Under the pieces are notes generated by a model. The model was given only the letters and a program-made list of their open reading frames with translations, was not told the origin of the DNA and searched no databases. Shown piece after piece: positions 1-11,155 of a stretch of DNA of 64,000 nucleotides. Each line of letters opens with the position of its first letter. Positions within the stretch are counted from its first letter, which is position 1. The stretch spans positions 682,001-746,000 of the forward strand of contig OY253680.1 of assembly GCA_958009085.1 (NCBI GenBank), read 5' to 3'. This DNA is from Protoeuglena noctilucae. Lineage: Eukaryota. The position numbers and the translations under genes are program-made.

Positions 1-428
1 CGCCAGGCCCAGGAGCGCCTGCGATGGAAGAAACAAACACGCTGTCAGCATCTCGCGACTGTGCAACGCGGCCATCGCGGCGCGGGCTGCCAAGCGCACT
101 CACCAAGCATTCTTGTGATGCACAGACGAGAACGGGGTCGTTGAGCGGAACTGGATGGCATCTGGAGTAGCAGAAGCCTCGGACCGTGCGCGAAGTGTGC
201 GCATCGGGGCCCAGGGGCTCCGTCGGGAGCGCTCGAAGCGACACGTTGTCGAAGACGAGGCTCTCCAGCGTCCCCATAGTTCCCCGAGGGCCGCCGGCCT
301 GCCGATGCAATGCAAGCTTTAAGTACCTCCGAGTGCAAGCCTCAGCCGGTGGGTGCGGCGCAAGAAGAGGGGTCGCAAAGTCGCAACGCACAGCGGGCAA
401 AAGCCCGCAATGGCGATGCCGGTACGGG

Positions 429-2102
429 CTACTGCACGATCTTCAGCGCCCCTGGGAAAGTCCGGATGCGGAAGGGCGCGTGGCCGAGGACATCCCCCTC
501 GAGCTCGATGAGCACGCCCGCCGACTCCGCTGGACGGCGGCAAATGACCTCGATGTCGCGACTCCGGAAGTACCGCGCGCGATCAGGGTACGTCCTGCGC
601 GCGAGTCCGACGTGCGTTTGTCGTGCAGTCGAGCACAGCACGATGCCATCTTCTGGCGGGCCAGCGAGCGACTCGTGCCCTCACGCAGTGGCGTAGTCGA
701 GGTATGAGCCGTCCTTGATCATCGGGAGGACGCGGATGAAATCGTAAGCGCCGAAGCTGTCCAGGGAGATGACGTCGAGCAGCCCGTCCCTTGGGTCGGC
801 GCGGGGGCAGATGCGCATGCCGCTCCCGAAGCACTGCCCGACGCCGAAGGCCGTGAGAGTCGCGGCACGCAGCGGAACCTCCTCGCCCAGGTCCACCAGG
901 CGGAGCGTGAGCGGGGCGCCTCTGCAGCCACGACGTGACTCCGCATCAGAACGCTGCCCTGCACTGGTCTCCGTCACTCCTCGCCTGCCAGACCCAATGA
1001 GCGCCTCGCCTCTTGGTCAGGAGGACAATGACGGAGGCGACGTCGTACGCGAGCTTCGATCCCAGCGACTTGAGCACCCGGCTACGGTTGACGAGGTCGG
1101 CCGTGGATGCGGAGATGCCGCAGCTGGCCACGTTCACGAACGCCCGAGTCCTCCGCTCCCCAGTCGCCCCGTCTACAGCCCTGCAGCCAAGATGCACGGG
1201 TCACTTCCACATGCGACGGAAGTGACAGCACGACTACCACGTTGCTGCATTGCGATACCCACTCTACTCACGTCACCACCCCCGCATCGACGGCCGCCTC
1301 CTGACCCTCGAAAACGCGTCGCACGGCGTCCTTGACCGTCTCCAATCCGCTCGCCCACCCAAACGTTTTCACGTAATCGGACCCGGTACCCAGAGGCACG
1401 ATGCCGAGCACCGTCGTCGCCGGCGTGAAATTCCCCTCCTGCGTTGCGCATGTAGCGCCCAGTCACACCGCGCTGCCGCCATGTACTGCCGCAAGGTGAG
1501 TCAGATGTGCCGTCACGCACCTGGTCGACAGACAGCAGTCCGTTGGCCACCTCGTTGATGGACCCATCCCCGCCCACGGCGACCACGACGTCGTATCCGG
1601 CGAGCTGACACTCCCTCGCGATCTCCGCAGCGTGTCCAGGGAACTCGGTGAGCCTTTGCTCTGCAATGGCCCCCGCCTGTTGCGCCTGCTCTTCAACGTA
1701 CGGCCAGAGCTCCCCCCACTGCCGGCCTGCACGCCCTAAGGCCCCCTTGGGATTCACAACGAAGACGTATCTGCGCGAACAAAGCACATCGGCGCAACAT
1801 CGGCCCGGATGTCGAGCAAAGATTGCGGGTATCGTGTCGAGGTCGCGCTGGCCCCTTATGGCAGCGTTATATTGCCGAAAACACATCCCGATGTGGCAGG
1901 CAGGCAATAATATTCCTCGCCTCCTGGCGCCGCGTCCTCCATCCGCAGATAAAGCGCACGAAGTGCAGCTGGTGTAGCTCCCGTCTCTCAGGGGCGTCCC
2001 GGGGGACCCGGGAGACATTCGGGGGATCGCCTGACGTTGTTGAGACCGTGATAATGACGATGAGATGCCCTCAGCTCGCGGAGATGTGACGACGGGGCCC
2101 AT
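429..2102 (-). CDS. Diacylglycerol kinase catalytic-domain (YegS / sphingoid long-chain base kinase-like) lipid kinase, multi-exon
   Basis: Exons encode VFVVNPKG, VVAVGGDGSINEVANGLL, FVNVASCGISA, FGSGMRICPRADPRDGLLDV and IELEGDVLGHAP. TAG stop at 429-431. Start codon is uncertain. Confidence 0.88.
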
Positions 2103-2174
2103 GATCGCAACGCTGTCGTTCGGCACGCACTGGAGTTGAGAGGAAGGGCCGTTGGCTTGCAAGTCTGTGGCCCC

Positions 2175-2183
2175 TATTTAAAT
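2175..2183. promoter_or_regulatory. AT-rich TATA-like element (TATTTAAAT) between the divergent kinase and TDP1 genes
   Basis: Only AT-rich island in the ~100 bp between the presumed ATGs at 2102(-) and 2205(+). The core ATTTAAAT is palindromic. Confidence 0.3.
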
Positions 2184-2204
2184 CTGGTTCTGCTCTTGGC
2201 GCGC

Positions 2205-5200
2205 ATGGGGTGGCAACGACTGGATAGCGCCGCCAAGAGGCCGCACCTGGCGTTGCAGGCATGCGCAAGCCTCGCTGGCGTTTCTGCTCGTTGTTGGAGG
2301 ATGCAATTGCGTATCTATCCGACAGCTGTTCGGGACAAGGCAGTGCTTTGGCGGCGTGGATATGCAGCAGCGCGCGTGAGAGATGCAGCTCGAGATTGTT
2401 GGGGTGGGGGAGACGATTAGCAAACTACCGCTGACCAGGTGGGTATCGGTGTGTTGGGGAGCTGCTCGGCTGCTAGGACCAAGCCCGCTTTACCCGCATC
2501 GTGTCCCTGCCGCTGTGCAGCGAAGGCCCTACGACGGTCCAGGACGGGTCGTGGCGACTTGACCCAATAGCGGGCGTGGACGACGCTGTCTTACTGACCT
2601 TCACCGGCCAAGGCTGCGGGATTGTGGAGGCGTTGTGCCAAGAGGGCGCGCCGGGGGCATCGGCAGCGGGCTCAGCGCAGGGCGGAGCCCAGTGGCGCGT
2701 GATCGATGCGCTCGATCGCGCCCAGCCGTCCACGGTCGTCCATGAAGGTCATATGTTCTACCTGGAGGGCCGGCGGGACGAGCAGGCGTGGGAGGTCCGC
2801 AGGAGCGTGCCAACAAGAGAAGGGCGCTGTCCCACCGACCCGCCGGCGCGCGCCGAGGCCGCGAACGGCGTGAGCGACGATGAGATTGAGATCATTATTG
2901 CGCAGTCAACCAAGCGCGCGCGTATGGACGCGCCACAAACGACCGATGGCCCCAGCACCTCCGGCAGCGCTCCCTTTGGCCTGGTGAGCACTCCAGCCTC
3001 ATGCGCGCGCCGAGCACGGCACACTGCGGCGTTTCTCATCTCTGATCTGACCATCCGTTCTCCGCAGATGTGGGTCCAGGGCCTCCCGCACCGCTTCAAC
3101 TCGGGCTGCCTGGGCGTTCGGCTGCGTGACGTTGTGCGTGGGGACATGCGGGCCTGCTTGGCGTCTAATTACATGGTGGAGTTGCCGTGGCTCATTGAGG
3201 AATGCCCGGAGCTCCTCAAGTGCCCGCGCTTCGCCCTCGTTCACGGAGAGCGGGACGCCACGTTTGCTGCCCAGGCCATGGCACAGGGCAGGTGGGTGAC
3301 GAGGGTGCTTCTATGCAGGAGAATGCTCACAGCCACCGAAAGCCCACAGTGACAGCCAACTGGACCTTGCAGTCACAGTCAGCTGGCGCCCACAGCTTGG
3401 CAGCACCTCTATCGCCGTCAGCGATCCGTGTCACGTCGTGACCACGCAGGGAGCTTGGCTTGAGCCCCGACCGCTTCTCCCTCCACTCCCCGCCCTTACC
3501 CATCCCCTACGGCACCCACCATTCCAAGTTCTTCCTTATTCTCTACGAACGCGGCATACGCGTCGCCATCCACACCGCCAACCTCCTCCACCGCGACTGC
3601 ACCTACAAGACACAGGCGAGGGAGCGCGAGCAACGTGCTGTGCTACTCTATCCTGTGGATGCTCAGACAGCCGCGAGATGTGAACCCCTCATGCTGGGAG
3701 TGGGTCACACCTGCGTGTCTTTTGAGCAACGCAGGGCATCTATGTCCAGGACTTTCCACGCAAGTCAGGCAGCGCTAGCGATGGCGACTGCGCGCCGTTC
3801 GAGTCGGATCTGGTCGAGTACCTAGAGAAGTTGCATTTGCCGCGGCCGTGGGGGCCGGAGATTCTGGCGTCGGTGCGTGACCACGACTACTCGTCCGCCC
3901 GGGTGCAACTGGTGGCCAGGTGTGAGACGGCAGGCATCGTTTGGGATGAGATTGTCAGCCATACCGCAGCTAGCCGCAGCTAGTATCAAGGGCGTGACAG
4001 CCCCCGACACGCACCTGCTACCAGGCCTGGCCTGTCGCTCGCAGTGTCCCTGGCTACCACCGCGGTGGGGACGTCGACCGCTGGGGCCACGCCAAGCTGA
4101 GGAGGGTCCTGGCCGCCGAGTCATTCGACGACGACTTCACGTGAGCTATGAATGGCGCATTTGCAACGCATCAAGCCCTAAGGGCAACCCCCCTTGCATG
4201 GTAACAAGCACGACCGCACCAACACACCGTGGTGCTGGTAAACACGTGCAGGGACGGCCCCGTGGCGTACCAGTTCAGCTCCCTGGGGTCCCTGGACGAG
4301 AAGTGGGTTTGGGGGGAGTTTGCGGCGTCCATGTCCGCGGGGCGCAGTCGGTCGGGGCAGCCCCTGGGGCCGTTGCGGCGGGGTGCGGCGGGGCTGCAGC
4401 TGGTGTGGCCGATGCGGGAGGAGGTCCGGGACTCGATGGAGGGGTGGGCGGCGGGGTGCTCGGTGCCGGGGACGCTGGCCAACGTGGACCGGCCCTTCCT
4501 CAAACCCTTATGGTGAGCGGTGGTGTGGTGGGGAGAGACACGGTGGCGTGCGTCACTGTCAGAGGACATTGGGGTTGACGTTTACATTTGCCTTCCAGCA
4601 TGATTGATGGCTGGTAGCTGTCGACGCACGCTCGCAGGCACCGGTGGGACGGTAGCCCGGCCGGGCGCCAGGCCGCCTGCCCTCACATCAAGTCCATGAT
4701 GCGGTACAGCAGGTGCCCAGATGATTGATACAGCGATAGATACTGTATTTGGCCTGCCTGCGCATGCGTTGGTGCCGCCTCACCCGTGACAGACACTTGC
4801 AGTGCCTCTGTTGACCCCCAGGTCCGCGTCGCCAGCAAATGGCGGTGCAGTCTCCCTGGCGTGGTTCCTCCTGGGCTCGCACAACATGAGCAAGGCGGCG
4901 TGGGGCGTGTACCAGAAGAAGGAGACGCAGCTCATGGTCCGCTCCTACGAGCTCGGGTGCGCACGCTGCCATCCTGCCATGTGCGGCAGTATGGGGTGTG
5001 GGGCATGGCACCTGGGATTGGCCATGCTAGATCTGCTGTCACCCCCTTCCCACATCACGACCCCGGTGCTCGCAGAGCTGTGTTCCTGCCGCGCCTGGAG
5101 GAGGCCTACCGCGCCCACCCGCACGCCGCTTTCACATGCACGCCAGAGCGGCCGGCGGTGAGGATGCAAGGGACGCGACGCGGGGCGGGGTTGCTCTTGG

Positions 5201-5441
5201 CAGTCGGCAGCCTCCGATCCGCCCTCGCGTGCAGTACCGGGCCCCGTCGGCGGCGCAGGGGGTCGGCGGTCAGCTGCGCTTGGTGGCGAGCGTGGCGGAG
5301 GCAGGCGTGGGGCCCGGGGAGGTGTGGATGCCCGTGCCGTACCCGCTGCCGCCCGTGCCGTACCGCGGAGACGACGCGCCGTGGGCGGTGGACGTGCCGC
5401 AGCGCGAGCCCGACGCCCTGGGGTACACTTTCCGCACATGA
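2205..5441 (+). CDS. TDP1: Tyrosyl-DNA phosphodiesterase 1, multi-exon
   Basis: Both HxK motifs are present (YGTHHSKF...IHTANL and PHIKS). Other family motifs: [62 protein letters not shown]. The 5' end is approximate. Confidence 0.95.
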
Positions 5442-5948
5442 CCGGACGTGTCAGACCGCCACCGCCGTGTAGTCATCTGCCCGACTGAGCGCGGAGAACA
5501 CAGGACATCGGGCCTTGTGACGCACGAGTGCACGAGTTCACTTTTGGCAATGGTAGCTCGCGCGGTTCCCGTCCCTTTAATCGACTCAGCGACTGAGGGG
5601 TGGCGAGGAGATGGAAGTGGAGCGGCGAGGTGCGCGAGGCAGGCTCAGCGCAGCGGACGCCCGCGTCTGCGAATACTAAGCTCCGGTGGGGGTCGATTGC
5701 GCGGCATCGGCCCTCCATCGGCGCAAACGGCCGAGTGCGGCTGCACGCGACTGCACAGCGGGTTCGCAACGCGTGGGCGAGCGACGCGGCAGGGTCACAC
5801 GTCCCATACTTGGGCTATCGGGTGCATCGAAGACGCACGCCGTCGCAGCGGGGGCGCGGAGGCCCCGACGGCCTTGCGGAGGGACTCGGGGCCCCCCCGC
5901 GCGTCGACGGTCTCGCCTGCAGGCGTGTAGCCGTCTTGAGTTTGAGGC

Positions 5949-8900
5949 ATGCCCGCGCCGCTGCGCCTCGCAGGGCCGACGCTCGACGCTGGGTTTCCAA
6001 GGGGGCGACCTGTCACCCAGCAGCCCGAGCAGGCCGGGGCTGAGGCCGCGTCCCCTACCAAGGACGACGCCCCTTCTCTCTCCACGGTCATGCACACGGC
6101 GCAGGCGGCCGCCCGGGAGGGCCCTCTGCCGCACGCGGTGCCCTCGGCAGGCGACACGGTTGGTGCCTCCGGCCCCCAGAGGCTCACGGTGATTGCCACG
6201 GAGACCCCGCAGCACACGTGGAACATGAGGTGCGAGTGCAGTTCTCGGCCAGGTTTCCGCGCGGTCCGGGCGCTCGGTCGCGTGCAGCGGGGCTCCTGGA
6301 GACTGTGCTGCAAACCACCTCTCGCCTGCAGCCTGGCCGTGGACGGGGCGCACGTGCACCTCGAGCACGTCTTTGGGATTGAGGACGTCGTCATGGCGGC
6401 GCAGTTACTCCGCGCGGCGGCCTTCGACGACGGGCAGCTGCTGCCCGACCTCGGCAGGTGAGTGTGTGGGATGAGGAGGTCTCTGGGGACCGCGGAGTCG
6501 CGATGCGCGGCCGCTGCGTTAGGACGTGACTGCGCGGCTCGTTCGCGCACGCCGAGCACGCTCGCGCCGCTCGCAGGTGCTTCAAGGATGCCGGTCTCGG
6601 CAGCCCTCCCCAGCCATATGCGGCGCTGCGCGAGTGGCCTCTCCTGCGCGCCGTCATCGACGTGCAGACCCTGGATGTGACTCTGGGCGCGCTGCTGGCG
6701 GGTGAGCGGAGCGCGGCGGGGCGCGGCGGGACCAGCTGCATCGCTGCGCAGCCCAACGAAGCGCAGCCCGGTCCGCAGGCAAAGGCGCGGACTCCTTCGA
6801 GCTGCACAACCTCTGCCCGAAATTCATGCTCGATGTCCTGGCCCACTGCGTGGCGCGCTGCTCCCACGGGCTTGCTGGCTCGCGTGCGGCACGGCTGGAC
6901 CCCAAGGGGGCGCTGCAGCTGACGCGCGCGCTCCTGCAGCCCGGCATGGAGAGCATTCTCGGGTGCGTGGTGCATGCGCGACGCTCGGCGGGGCTGTATG
7001 GTGGGCAGCGCCTGTCTTGAGCCGACTTGAATAACAATTTCTCACGAAGCTTCTTCGGCGCCCGCAGAGCCCTTCTGAACCTCGTGCGAGACACGGACGA
7101 CAGCCCTGCCAGGTCTCGGGACGTGACCGGGTGAGGCAGCAAGCGGGTGCATGCGGCGCTGACGTGCAGGACAGCGTACAGCACATTGTCAGCCTAACCG
7201 CCATCCTCTCGCGGCCATTTGCAGGCTCACGGGACCCTTGCGTCGCCTGAGCGCGGACCTGTCCTCCCAGGATGTGCGGGCGCCGCGTCGGCCTGGCCGC
7301 CCCATGCTTCCCCGCGCCCTTATCACGGGCGGCTGCGTGGTGCAGTGCTCCAACGGGCAGGCCTGGGAGGCCCGCTGCAGCATCGCGGGACAGCAGTGCT
7401 ACCTCTTCCGTCGGTCGGACCCCATCGTCTGCAAGTGCGTCGCTGTGGCTGACGCCGCACAAACATCGTGGTGCCCACAGGCCATTTCTGTTTCATCACA
7501 GCACGTCTCTATTACTCAATCGCTCAATTCTATCGACGCTCACGCAGGGCAGACCTGGACAGCTTCGTGGACGAGTTCAAGGCACTGGCGGCGTCAGAAA
7601 CGTCGCCGGTGGAGGCCCGGGCGGCGCTGCTGGCGAAGTACCGGGCCAAGGGCGCCAGGGGTGGACACGGCGCGGGCGGCGGTGCGATCGGGGCGTCTCG
7701 TGTTCTCCGCTCGACCCCGTCACCGGGCCCGGGGCCCCGGGAGGACGGCCACAGCGACCCTCGCAAAGCCAAGGCGAGTATCGGGGTAATGGGGGTGATG
7801 GGGCACTGGCATGTGCGTGAAATCGTCTGCTGTCTTGGCAACAGCTGGCCTGGATACCCCGTTAGGACGCCGCGCTTGCATAGTAGGGCTGCTCTGTGCT
7901 TGTTGTACTATGGTGGTTACTCAATGGTGCAAGCCTGCGTGTCCCTGCAGCGGCCGCGCTCCATCGATGAGAGCGATGCGGAGGGGGAGGAGAAGGCCGA
8001 GAGGGACGACGTGGTGTTGGCGCTGCTCATGATGAGCCAGGACGTGTGCCGCGGCAAGCCCGGGCAGCAGGTGCGACGATCGTGGCGACTCAACACACTT
8101 GTATGCTGCACACTAGAAGACCTTCAGAAGCATCGCTTGGTCAATCTCATCTTTTTCACAATGTGAGTGCCCTTACTCACCCCAGCACCACCCTGCCCAC
8201 GCAGCCTGCCCCCGTGTCCCCGCCCCTCCCCGCCACGCACGTCCGGGCGCCAACCACCCCGCCAGCCACGGCGTTCACCAACCCGGCCTCGCCACCCGCG
8301 GACTACGCACCTACCTCTCCTCTCGCGGCCCCACTCACCCCCGAGCCTCTGCAAGCCCCCAGGCACATCTTCCACACCAACAGTCCTATGCGCATCGACA
8401 GCACGCCTGGGCCCTTCTCGCAGCCCCCTCTGCCCGCACGCACGTTACCGCGCTCCCCAGTCGCGCGGCCCATCGCACCCAGCGAGGCCTGGGCAGCGCA
8501 GGCGCAGATGCGAGCAACGGGGCCCGTTGCCAGCCGGCCTGGAGCGTACCCTGCCGCACCTGCCAGCCTGGGTGCCCGGCCAAGCGAGCTTGGCCCTACG
8601 CAGGCCGTGCACGCTGGTCTCGGCATGGACTGGCAGAGTCATGTAGCCCATGCACCCCAGCAGGGAGGCCGTCACATGGGCGCCACCAGCCAGGCAGGGG
8701 TGGGCGCATGGGCACCGATACAGCAGGGGTTTACGGGCAACGGCACTGCGGGGGGCGCTCGCGCGAGGGAGGTGCAGGGAGTGGCGATGGGTGGTACCGC
8801 AGAGCTCCGCTGGTCGCAGCCTCAGCCCCACTCGCGACGGTCGCCGTCGCTCGCCGGCCCTCGCGCCACGTCCCTCTCAGCGCCCTTAACGATGCACGGC

Positions 8901-10445
8901 GGCGTGGCGGTGCCTGCTGAGTGGCAGAGGGCCCCTGTGCGCATGCAGTCATGGCCCCACGCGGGGCCGGGCGGGAGTGGCATGGGGCAGCAGGGCGCGC
9001 ATGTGCTGGCGGTGCCTCAGAGCACCCGAGCTGCGCCCGCTGCTGGCGCCGGGCCGGGATGGGGTGCGGCCGCGAGCGCTCGCCCGGGAGCGGCCGCTGT
9101 GCCGATGGGAGGAGGCCGTGGGGTGGCCTCTGCACAGGGGGGCGCCTTCCCGGCAACTGCGGGCTATGGGGCGGGCGGCGCGGTCAGCGGGGCGCCTGCC
9201 GGGGCTTCTCCTGCAGCTTTTGGCGATGCGAGGCTGTCGCATCCGCGCCCGGCGGTGCTGGGCAGCGGGGCTGGTGCACGGGAGGGGCAGCGGTTGCTGG
9301 GCAGCAGGGCGCCGCCCAGCTCCCATGTCCTGCCCACGTTAACCATCCATCCGGTGCGGGTGGTGCCGGAGCGACCGCGGGGGGCTTATGGGGAGACTGC
9401 GGCTGCCGGGGCGGGTCCTGGCACCCCGGGGGTTGTCTATGGCGCGCCAGGTGTTGCGCAAGGTGTTGCCAATGGCGCCCCCAGCGTCATCATGCAAGGC
9501 ACCCCAATCGCAGCCAATGGCACCCCAGTTGTCGCCAACGGCGGTGCCCCAGGCACTGCCAATGGCGCCCCCATTCTCGCCCACCCCGGGCCTCTCTCTT
9601 CCGATCCCAATCCCAGCCATGCCCCCACGGCCCGGGGCAGCGCCGTGGAAGGTCACATGGGCATGCAACCCATCGCCGCCGTCATCAGCACCGCACCTGT
9701 GCCTGCGCCTGCGCCTGGGCCCGGGGCAGGGGAGTGTGTGCAGGACTCGCAGGCAGCGGTGGGGCAGGGCGCTGTTGGCGTTCCTGCCAAGTCACCGATG
9801 GAGAACTGCTTGTGGAGGCAGGAGGGGCCTGAGGGCGTGTGGACGGCGTGGTGAGTCGCAACGAGGGGTGCAGCTGGCCTCGACAGCTTGACTGCCTTGC
9901 TTGCGTGGGAAGGCTGGCCTTACCACCGCCTGCACCGCTCGCACCGTGCTGCTAAGCTCGGCAGCTCATCATATGTGCTCGTCTGCCCCGAGCTTAACAG
10001 TTCAAACCCTGTACACACTGTGCTCTATGCTCAGCAGTTCTGTACGACTTGCGCTGCAGGTGCCACAAGTACGGCACGTCGTGGCGCATCTCGGAGCACC
10101 CGAGCCTCCAGAACTGCGAGAGGGACCTGAGGCGATTCCGGGAGATCCACGGGGGAGCGAGGGCCGCGGGGATCGGGGACGACGAGGCCTTCGCCATCGC
10201 ACTCTGCCAGGTGAGTGCATGCTAGCAGTAGCGAGTGTACTGGGGTAGCAGAGTTAAGGTGGCACTGTGCCATTGCACTCCGCTAAGTTAGCAGTAGAAA
10301 CGCTTATTGCACAAGTCGCCAATGGACTGTTCGATGCGATGCCTTTTGTCGCCTCCCTGTGTCGCAGACGGCTCCTGGCGAGGGTCTGGCCAAGACCGCC
10401 CCGCAGCCAGGCCCTCAGCCCCCCGCGCTGGGTCAGGGGGCGTGA
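5949..10445 (+). CDS. Hypothetical multi-exon protein with a long Pro/Ala/Gly low-complexity middle
   Basis: Chain of GC3-rich in-phase exons, including a ~1.6-kb exon at ~8200-9850. Last exons are 10060-10210 and 10368-10445 (TGA). No family recognised with confidence. Confidence 0.6.
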
Positions 10446-11155
10446 GCTGCGCATGGCTAGCTCGCATGGTACAACAGATGGCTGCTGGGTCATATGTCCT
10501 GTCCTACCCCCTGTGCGTTGTCCCAAGGCATGCTTTGGTTGGCATGCCATGCTTACCAGTACCACTTGCTTTCCACCCCCCTCGGAGCCCTCTCGCACGC
10601 TCCCAGCTCCAGTCTGCATGGGGGCTGGGGCTGGGGCCCACACGCACGGCTCGCCCGTTCAGGGCGGCACCCCGGACTCTGACACGCCTGCTCTGGCATT
10701 GTGCCCCGCTGGGTCAGGCGCCCTGTGGTCTGTCTATGCAGTGGTGGGTGCGCGCACCCTAGGCCCGCCCCAGCGGTCCCATGATTGGCGCGTGGCTGTC
10801 CATGGCACGATATTGCCCACGGCACGATGCTGTACATGTCGCGTTGCTATCCACCTCACGATGCGCCACGGCTGGCTCATCCCGCGCCCCGCTGCTGCCG
10901 GGCAGGCATGGCGACAGCATCTCGCCGGCCTGCACACTTGAACAGCTGCTTGAGACGATCCAACATGAACGCACGGCGCCACTCGCCAGCCAATGCACAC
11001 CACCGGCACAGTGCACGAACACAGCAGCTCTAGCGCACCAGCACACCGGCACGGCTACCTGCACTGAACATACCCGGCCCAGATATGCGATCGATATGCA
11101 TGCGCCCTGCACAATCACGTGGACAACCCCCAACTGATGGCGACCATCACCACGG

